Assembly: GCA_016182555.1 (NCBI GenBank)
Contig: JACPGJ010000003.1
Location: 10,920 to 74,919 of the forward strand
Source: Candidatus Kerfeldbacteria bacterium
GTDB lineage: Bacteria; Patescibacteriota; Patescibacteriia; UBA9570; XYC2-FULL-38-9
Direction: 5' to 3'
DNA length: 64,000 bases
Part shown: positions 57,987 through 64,000 of the stretch, piece after piece
Layout: every line of letters begins with the position of its first letter
Position numbering within the stretch: position 1 is the stretch's first letter
Notes under the pieces: model-generated
Database searches by the model: none
Told to the model about the DNA's origin: nothing
What the model saw: the letters and a program-made list of their open reading frames with translations, nothing else
Position numbers and translations under genes: made by a program

Positions 57987-59037
57987 ATCAATTCCAGTCG
58001 TAAAAATTCTTTTTTTATTTGCACTTTCCTTTGTGGTGACCATCTTGGTTACTCCGGTACTTACTCATTTTTTATATAAATATAAACTAGGAAAGAGCAT
58101 TCGTAGCAATGCCAAGGCGCCCATTTTTTCGAAATTTCATCAAGCGAAAAGTGGCACGCCGACAATGGGAGGCATCTTGATATGGGGAACTACACTCCTT
58201 CTCGCGCTTTCATTTTATTATCTTTCTCGCTGGTTGCCGGTGTTGGTACCGCCGAGTTTTAATTTTTTGACGCGTTCAGAAACATTATTGCCCCTCGGTG
58301 CGCTCATCGCCTCTGCCGTGGTCGGCCTTGTCGATGATATTTTTAATATTCGCCAAGTTGGTGCAGATGGTGGCGGGTTGCATCTGCGCCACCGATTACT
58401 TATTTATACCATCATCGCGCTTGTTGGCGCACTCTGGTTTTATTTCAAACTCGATTGGACCATTATTCATATACCTTTTTATGGTACGGTAGAAATTGAT
58501 TCGTGGGTGATTCCCATATTTATTTTTGTCATTGTGGCTACATCTTTTTCTGTAAATGAAACGGATGGATTGGATGGCCTTGCTGGTGGGGTTTGTTTGG
58601 CGGCTTTTGCAACGTATGTGGCGATTGCATTTATTGAAGGCAAATATGATTTAGCCACATTTTGCGCAGTCATTGCGGGTGCGTTGCTCGCATTTCTCTG
58701 GTTTAATATTCATCCTGCTCGTTTTATCATGGGCGATACAGGCGCCATGCCGCTCGGTGTGACTCTTGGCATTGTTGCGATGCTTACCGATACGGTTTGG
58801 CTGTTGCCGTTTATTGGGTTTATTCTGGTGATCGAATCTGGTTCAGTGATTATTCAAACAGCGTCAAAAATGTTGCGCCAAGGCAAAAAAATATTCCTAT
58901 CATCACCCATTCACCATCATTTTGAAGGCATTGGTTGGCCGGAACCCAAAATTGTGATGCGGTTTTGGATTATCTCTGCGGTGATGGCGGTCATGGGACT
59001 AGTTTTTTTCTTAATCGACCGCGCTATTGTGCGTTAA
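57970..59037 (+). CDS. mraY: Phospho-N-acetylmuramoyl-pentapeptide transferase
   Basis: KSGTPTMGGILIW (PTMGG motif) and SVNETDGLDGLAGG (N..DG.DGL motif). 10 TM helices. 355 aa. Confidence 0.8.
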   Translation: MPMDIESIPVVKILFLFALSFVVTILVTPVLTHFLYKYKLGKSIRSNAKAPIFSKFHQAKSGTPTMGGILIWGTTLLLALSFYYLSRWLPVLVPPSFNFLTRSETLLPLGALIASAVVGLVDDIFNIRQVGADGGGLHLRHRLLIYTIIALVGALWFYFKLDWTIIHIPFYGTVEIDSWVIPIFIFVIVATSFSVNETDGLDGLAGGVCLAAFATYVAIAFIEGKYDLATFCAVIAGALLAFLWFNIHPARFIMGDTGAMPLGVTLGIVAMLTDTVWLLPFIGFILVIESGSVIIQTASKMLRQGKKIFLSSPIHHHFEGIGWPEPKIVMRFWIISAVMAVMGLVFFLIDRAIVR

Positions 59038-59140
59038 AAAATGGTAACGCTGTAAATAATAGCATAGCAATGATGGCAATAATGCTAATGAAAATCCATG
59101 CTTTCTCTTGCCATCGTTTTTTCTTCTTTTTTGACATAGT

Positions 59141-59731
59141 ATGTTCACACATTTAATTAATAAATATATTCATATTGACGAAGCGGTGATCCAGGTCATT
59201 CGCCCGTCGTTATTTTCCTATCGCGGTAAAATTTTTTTCTGTCTCTTGTTGCTACTTGGCGATTGTTTTTTCTTTTATCCGCTGCATACTTTAGGCGTGT
59301 GGGGCGATCGAATTTTTTTGTTTCTCTTGCTTGTGGCACTTTTCTGTTTTGCACGCATCGTCATTCTTTGGCTACTCAATGTGGCATTGCTCACCAATAA
59401 ACGCATTATTGATATGAATCAGCCACGGCTATTTGAACGCCATGTATCGGAGTGTCCGCTCGCGCACATTCAGGAAATTCGATACAATACTCAAGGATTG
59501 TGGCGAACGTTGTGTGCCGTAGGAACGGTGGTGATAGATGCTGGGAGTAGTCGTGGTCGCATTGAGTTGGTCGATATTCCCAAACCACAAGCCGTTAAAG
59601 AGCTCATCATGAATGCACAATACCAGCATACCAAAACAGCCAGAAGATCACAAGATACTGAATCGGCCACGATAGACAAGGGCACTGCGGGTGTTGGAAA
59701 CTTATTTGATGAAGAAGGAGAAGAATTATGA
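59141..59731 (+). CDS. Hypothetical membrane protein (two N-terminal TM helices plus a bacterial PH-like domain)
   Basis: 196 aa. FFCLLLLLGDCFFFYPL and IFLFLLLVALFCFARIVILWLL helices are followed by a soluble domain ending in an acidic tail. Confidence 0.4.
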   Translation: MFTHLINKYIHIDEAVIQVIRPSLFSYRGKIFFCLLLLLGDCFFFYPLHTLGVWGDRIFLFLLLVALFCFARIVILWLLNVALLTNKRIIDMNQPRLFERHVSECPLAHIQEIRYNTQGLWRTLCAVGTVVIDAGSSRGRIELVDIPKPQAVKELIMNAQYQHTKTARRSQDTESATIDKGTAGVGNLFDEEGEEL

Positions 59732-60165
59732 GGAAAGGGGAGGCATTGCACAATCGATATCAGCAAATATGGCAGTCACGCGCATTTGTGGTGGTGTTAT
59801 TTGTGGTACTTTTTTTTATGTTGAGTTCAGTCACCAAAGAGTTTGCTCGCCGGTATGAAACACGGCATGACATTGCAAAATTGGAAGCGGATGTGGCGCG
59901 ATTATCGCAGCGTAATAGCCAAATGCATGATTTGATTGCTCTCTTGAACACCAGCACGGCCCAAGACAAGGAAGCCCGGGTGAAACTGGGGCTGCAAGCT
60001 CCGGGTGAGCAGATGGTGATTTTGCCCAACGCCCCTGTGCGTGGAGAAATTGTACTTCCTGATAGTGATACGATAGAATATATTCCTGTGCAAACCACGA
60101 GTCCATCTCCGAAACGTTGGTTTGAATATTTTAAGCAAAAATTTTACCATTCACAAACGTTATGA
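59728..60165 (+). CDS. ftsB: Septum formation initiator FtsB/DivIC-like
   Basis: TM helix ([13 protein letters not shown]), coiled coil ([25 protein letters not shown]), then the conserved [18 protein letters not shown] block. Confidence 0.6.
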   Translation: MRKGEALHNRYQQIWQSRAFVVVLFVVLFFMLSSVTKEFARRYETRHDIAKLEADVARLSQRNSQMHDLIALLNTSTAQDKEARVKLGLQAPGEQMVILPNAPVRGEIVLPDSDTIEYIPVQTTSPSPKRWFEYFKQKFYHSQTL

Positions 60166-61235
60166 CGAACACGCATTCCTCTGAACACGATACACATGAC
60201 CACCGCACGAGCACGGAAAAAAAACCACATGCTGCTGTTTCTGATGAACCATTGAAGACAGCTCATGAAACACCACCCCCAACCGCGACAGAGACGACCG
60301 TAAAACGAAAATCACGCAAACGAATGGTGTATATTGTTATTCTCACAGTCGTTGTGGTATTGGCACTAGTGTTTGGTGGAATGTATTGGATGGTGTATGA
60401 ATCAACAGGACAGAATAGTGTAAAAACGGTGGTGGAAGACACGTTGCCGTGGCCAGTAGCGATTGTGGGCCGCCAGACTGTTCCGCTCGCAGATTACAAT
60501 GCGCGTGTTACATCGACATTATATTTTCTTGATAAGCAAGATGATTTGGGTGTGAATGTCAGTTCTATCCCTTCGGAAGCGACTATTCGTTCTGGTGAAT
60601 TGGACCGGTTGATTGATTTGCACATTATGGAAATGATTGCCAAAGAACGTGGTGTTTCTGTCAGTGCAGACGAAGTAGACAATTATTTTGATAATCAGAT
60701 TCTTCCACAAGCCAGCGGTGGTATGGACGAAATTACCAAAACACTTTCCGATTTGTATAACTGGAATGTAGATCAATTTAAACAATATGTGGTATATGAA
60801 GTGGTGTTACGCCAGAAATTAAGTGAAGCGCTTGTCAGCGACCCGCTACTGGATGCAGAAGCCAAGGCGGAAGCTGATCGTTTGTATGTAGAAATAACCG
60901 CCACTCCAGAAGAGACAAAACCATTTTCAGATTACGCTACAGAATTTAGTGATGACCCGGGAAGTGCACCAGATGGCGGTATGCTTGGTTTTTTTGGAAA
61001 AGGGGAAATGGTACCAGAATTTGAAGCCGCGGCATTTTCTTTGAATGTTGGTGATGTTTCGGCGCCGGTGAAAACTCAATTTGGTTATCATATTATCAAG
61101 GTGACGGATAAAGATGATACAGCTGGCACGGTGCAAGCCCGACATATTTTAATTGCGCCAAAATCGGTGGATGATTTGGTAAAAGAAAAGAAAGCACAAT
61201 TACGTATCATGAAATTCATGCCCAAGTACGAATAG
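60162..61235 (+). CDS. Parvulin-type peptidyl-prolyl isomerase (PrsA/SurA-like foldase) with an N-terminal TM anchor
   Basis: The parvulin core [10 protein letters not shown]…[21 protein letters not shown]…FGYHIIKV sits at the C-terminus, preceded by a SurA_N-like region. 357 aa. Confidence 0.75.
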   Translation: MTNTHSSEHDTHDHRTSTEKKPHAAVSDEPLKTAHETPPPTATETTVKRKSRKRMVYIVILTVVVVLALVFGGMYWMVYESTGQNSVKTVVEDTLPWPVAIVGRQTVPLADYNARVTSTLYFLDKQDDLGVNVSSIPSEATIRSGELDRLIDLHIMEMIAKERGVSVSADEVDNYFDNQILPQASGGMDEITKTLSDLYNWNVDQFKQYVVYEVVLRQKLSEALVSDPLLDAEAKAEADRLYVEITATPEETKPFSDYATEFSDDPGSAPDGGMLGFFGKGEMVPEFEAAAFSLNVGDVSAPVKTQFGYHIIKVTDKDDTAGTVQARHILIAPKSVDDLVKEKKAQLRIMKFMPKYE

Positions 61236-61265
61236 GTTTTTGCGTGCGAATTGATCGTTTTCGTG

Positions 61266-61338
61266 AGCCGACGTCGAGAATCGAACTCGAGACCTGCGCG
61301 TTACGAGTGCGCTGCTCTACCGGCTGAGCTACGTCGGC
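61266..61338 (-). tRNA. tRNA-Thr (anticodon CGT)
   Basis: Reverse complement GCCGACG-TA-GCTC-AGCCGGTA-GAGC-A-GCGCA-CTCGTAA-CGCGC-AGGTC-TCGAG-TTCGATT-CTCGA-CGTCGGC-T. All four stems pair, with A31·C39 as the only mismatch. T-loop TTCGATT, U33, anticodon CGU. The 3' CCA is not encoded. Confidence 0.85.
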
Positions 61339-61432
61339 ATATTTTGTATGATTGATGATATAGAATAATGACCGAGCAGTCAATCGGTACCCGGTAGTTC
61401 AAGTCGTCAGACAAGTCGTCAGTCAGTTTGAC

Positions 61433-62320
61433 ATGATTGCTCATGTATTGTATTCTACACGGTACATGATGTTGAATTTTGCACCGCAGTGGCAACACGT
61501 GCGGCACAATCGACACCGTTTTTCCGGAATTCTATTACTGCTGATGGCAGTTTTTCTGTTTTTTACGCGCATTACACCGGTGGACGCAGCAAAAAAAACA
61601 ACGCATAAAGATACGGAAGCCAAAACACCAACGTATAAATATGTTTCTGTTCCTAATGTAGAAGAAGTAAATATCAATTTCGACCGCGCAACTATTCAAA
61701 AAGGATATAGCATTCAAGGACCGAGTCAAGAAGTAACACTCGGCGTACCGGGTGGTTCGCTCACGGAATATGACACCGTGCATATCAATATTCGCGCACT
61801 CAAGAAAAAGTTTTTGCCGCTCGATAACGAACAATCATTAAGCCGAGTGTATGCATACAGCATTACTGAACCGCACGGAGAAAAAGTAGATGTGAGCCAA
61901 CCATTGTGGTTAAGTCTGCTGGCAAAAAAAGAAAGTAAAAAGGGCTATACAATAAAATTGTGGAATGCTAAAATAGGCGAGTGGGAGACGATTCCAACAA
62001 CGTTTAACGAATCGGCGAATCGTTTCAATACTACTCTAAGCAAACGCCATGCGATTGTTGGTGTCTTTGCAAAGCCGTATGTTGAATTTTCGGGCAAAGC
62101 GAGTTGGTATGATTGGTATGGTGCCGCGATGAACGATTTACCAATTGGTACGCGCATTCTGGTGATCAACCCAAATAATGGAAAGCAGGCAACGACAACG
62201 GTTGTGTCTACCGGGCCCTATGTTGCAAACAGAATCATTGATCTTCCGCGTGACATTTTTTCACAACTTGGTGAATTATCATCCGGTGTGATGGATGTCG
62301 TCGTTCGCAAAATTGATTAA
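61433..62320 (+). CDS. Secreted RlpA-like double-psi beta-barrel (DPBB) domain protein
   Basis: The C-terminal GKASWYDWYG…TRILVINPNNGKQATTTV is the ASWYG-type RlpA/3D DPBB signature. N-terminal signal-like LLLLMAVFLFF. The start is ambiguous (61433 or the MML at 61466). Confidence 0.6.
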   Translation: MIAHVLYSTRYMMLNFAPQWQHVRHNRHRFSGILLLLMAVFLFFTRITPVDAAKKTTHKDTEAKTPTYKYVSVPNVEEVNINFDRATIQKGYSIQGPSQEVTLGVPGGSLTEYDTVHINIRALKKKFLPLDNEQSLSRVYAYSITEPHGEKVDVSQPLWLSLLAKKESKKGYTIKLWNAKIGEWETIPTTFNESANRFNTTLSKRHAIVGVFAKPYVEFSGKASWYDWYGAAMNDLPIGTRILVINPNNGKQATTTVVSTGPYVANRIIDLPRDIFSQLGELSSGVMDVVVRKID

Positions 62321-62326
62321 TCTTCG

Positions 62327-63013
62327 TTGTTCATGATCACGTTTGAACACGTCTCAAAATTGTATGAAGACGGCACCGTCGCTGCGGCGGATTTGAATTT
62401 TACGATTGAACCCGGCGAATTTATTTCGATTGTTGGTCATTCGGGAGCAGGGAAGACCACCATCGCCCGTATGATTATTGCGGAAGAAAAACCATCTGAA
62501 GGTCGTATTATTATTGGTGGTTGGGATATTTCTGCGATTAAACGGAGTGAAATACCAGTGTTGCGCCGGCAAATTGGTGTAGTTTTTCAAGATTTTAAAT
62601 TACTGAAGAAAAAAACTGTTGAAGAAAATATTGCATTTGCGTTAGAAGTGTGTGGAGCGAAGCGAAAAAAAATTCGCAAAATCGTTCCGCAGTTGTTGCG
62701 TATTGTCGGCTTGGAAGAGAAAGCGGATAAGTTCCCGAATCAGTTGTCTGGTGGTGAACAGCAGCGAGTGGTCATTGCACGTGCATTGGTGCACCGCCCA
62801 AAAATTTTAGTGGCAGATGAACCAACCGGAAACTTGGACACCATTACCGCTCATGAAATTACTGATTTGTTGCTCAAAATCAATCAACTCGGCACAACCG
62901 TGGTGCTCGTGACCCATAACCCGGAAATTGTGAACCGTTTGCGTAAGCGGGTGATTACGGTGGACCATGGCGCTGTTTCTTCTAATAAAAAAACTGGTAA
63001 ATATACACTCTAA
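62327..63013 (+). CDS. ftsE: Cell division ATP-binding protein FtsE
   Basis: Walker [10 protein letters not shown], signature LSGGEQQRV, Walker [13 protein letters not shown]. 228 aa. Paired with ftsX. Confidence 0.85.
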   Translation: MFMITFEHVSKLYEDGTVAAADLNFTIEPGEFISIVGHSGAGKTTIARMIIAEEKPSEGRIIIGGWDISAIKRSEIPVLRRQIGVVFQDFKLLKKKTVEENIAFALEVCGAKRKKIRKIVPQLLRIVGLEEKADKFPNQLSGGEQQRVVIARALVHRPKILVADEPTGNLDTITAHEITDLLLKINQLGTTVVLVTHNPEIVNRLRKRVITVDHGAVSSNKKTGKYTL

Positions 63014-63924
63014 TGTTTGTTGGAATTATTCGCACTATTCGATTCGCCGTTCAAAATTTTTCCCGCAATTTGTGGTTGTCGGTGATTACCGTGTTTTTGC
63101 TTGTGCTCACTACCATGAGCATGACCCTTGTTGGCACGTTAAATATTATTGGGCAACAGGTCATTCATACCATTCAAGATAAAGTGAGTATTGATTTGTA
63201 TTTTTATGATTCGGTTTCAGAAAAAGATATTATTGATACGCAGAATTTTCTGCAATCGTTGAGTGGAGTGGCAGACTTGGTGTATGTATCCAAAGATCAA
63301 GCATTGGAACAATTCAAGGAAAAACATGCAGATGACCCAGAAATTTTATCATCGCTGAGTGAAATGGAAGAAAATGTGTTGCCCGCAAGTCTCACGGTGC
63401 GTGCAAGGTCCATCGATGACTACCCGCACATTATTCGTGCGTTTCAAGCATCGCCGTATAGCGAATTTATTGATCGCACCGATTACAGCGACAACCGTGC
63501 CATTATTAACCGTGTAACGACACTTACGCATAAAGCGTACGATATTGGTTTAGGAGTAAGCTTGATATTTATTATCATTTCTATTGTGGTGATTTTTAAT
63601 ACCATTCGTATTACTATTTATAGCCACCGTGAAGAAGTGGGCATTATGAAATTAGTGGGTGCAACGAATTGGTTTGTCCGTGCGCCGTTTGTGTTGGAAA
63701 GTGTATTACTTGCGGTGATTGCCTCTGTTATTACCTTGTCATTGTTTTATGTGTTATTATATGGTTCAGATCCAACCATTACCGCTTTTTTTGAAGGACA
63801 ATTTTCTATTTTACATTATTGTACCGAGCATATATGGCGAATTGTAGCAATTGAGTTTGGTGGCGCGATTTTATTGAGTGTAGCGTCGAGTATGATTGCT
63901 ATAACAAGATATTTAAAAAAATAA
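63013..63924 (+). CDS. ftsX: Cell division permease FtsX
   Basis: N-terminal TM, large extracytoplasmic loop, then the FtsX C-terminal MKLVGATNWFVRAPFVLE block. 303 aa. ATGA overlap with ftsE. Confidence 0.8.
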   Translation: MFVGIIRTIRFAVQNFSRNLWLSVITVFLLVLTTMSMTLVGTLNIIGQQVIHTIQDKVSIDLYFYDSVSEKDIIDTQNFLQSLSGVADLVYVSKDQALEQFKEKHADDPEILSSLSEMEENVLPASLTVRARSIDDYPHIIRAFQASPYSEFIDRTDYSDNRAIINRVTTLTHKAYDIGLGVSLIFIIISIVVIFNTIRITIYSHREEVGIMKLVGATNWFVRAPFVLESVLLAVIASVITLSLFYVLLYGSDPTITAFFEGQFSILHYCTEHIWRIVAIEFGGAILLSVASSMIAITRYLKK

Positions 63925-63942
63925 TATATCATTTATGAAACA

Positions 63943-64000
63943 TGCCAACATATTGGTTCGTTTCTCGCCATTCGTTGCTGTGCTCCTTGTTGCATTAGTG
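63943..64000 (+). CDS. 5' end of an unidentified gene (partial, runs off the window)
   Basis: ATG at 63943 (MKHANILVRFSPFVAVLLVALV). Only 19 codons are visible. Confidence 0.3.

Overview
This 64-kb window reads as a gene-dense bacterial chromosome segment with no introns. Genes are tightly packed, often with 4–30-nt overlaps between adjacent genes, and the DNA is moderately AT-rich by eye. No secretin gene is present, and the locus carries type IV pilus, peptidoglycan (MurA, MraY), FtsEX, FtsB and PrsA-like genes. That gene content is consistent with a monoderm, probably uncultivated lineage (CPR/Patescibacteria-like or Gram-positive-like); the taxonomy cannot be fixed from sequence alone.

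Layout:
(1) 30–4361: a type I restriction-modification pair (HsdM with an N-terminal HsdR_N-type nuclease-fold module, then HsdS), followed by a nucleoside-2-deoxyribosyltransferase-like gene and an RDD membrane protein.
(2) about 4440–4960: a conspicuously GC-rich island with strong hairpins and a single plausible minus-strand gene.
(3) 5.2–35.3 kb: a very large glycan/glycosylation region. It contains a Wzt/TagH-like ABC ATPase with no adjacent permease, a coiled-coil protein, and at least 9 GT2/GT4 glycosyltransferases. Three of the GT2 are polyprenyl-phosphate (ArnC/GtrB/DPM1-type) transferases. There are two GtrA-family proteins, an ArnE/F-like small transporter, UDP-xylose synthase, three further extended-SDR epimerase-fold enzymes, a flavoenzyme, and five large polytopic GT-C-like membrane proteins (two are tandem paralogs). 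There is also a UbiA-family gene with the decaprenyl-phosphate phosphoribosyltransferase signature, overlapped by a HAD phosphatase gene.
(4) 35.5–47.5 kb: housekeeping genes (PfkB kinase, AhcY, rmlACBD, MurA, CtpA, L9, PyrG, L27).
(5) 48.8–57.5 kb: a minus-strand type IV pilus cluster (PilB, PilC, three pilin/pseudopilin genes, PilM, PilN, PilO).
(6) 57.5–64 kb: cell-envelope and division genes (MraY, FtsB, parvulin PPIase, an RlpA-like protein, FtsE, FtsX) and a tRNA-Thr(CGT).

I found no CRISPR array, transposase or integrase. The most interesting candidate is a non-actinobacterial polyprenyl-phosphate-pentose (DPA-like/Arn-like) lipid-linked sugar-donor system with several GT-C transferases, encoded near a type IV pilus cluster. 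A small family of structured intergenic repeats with compensatory base changes is also notable.
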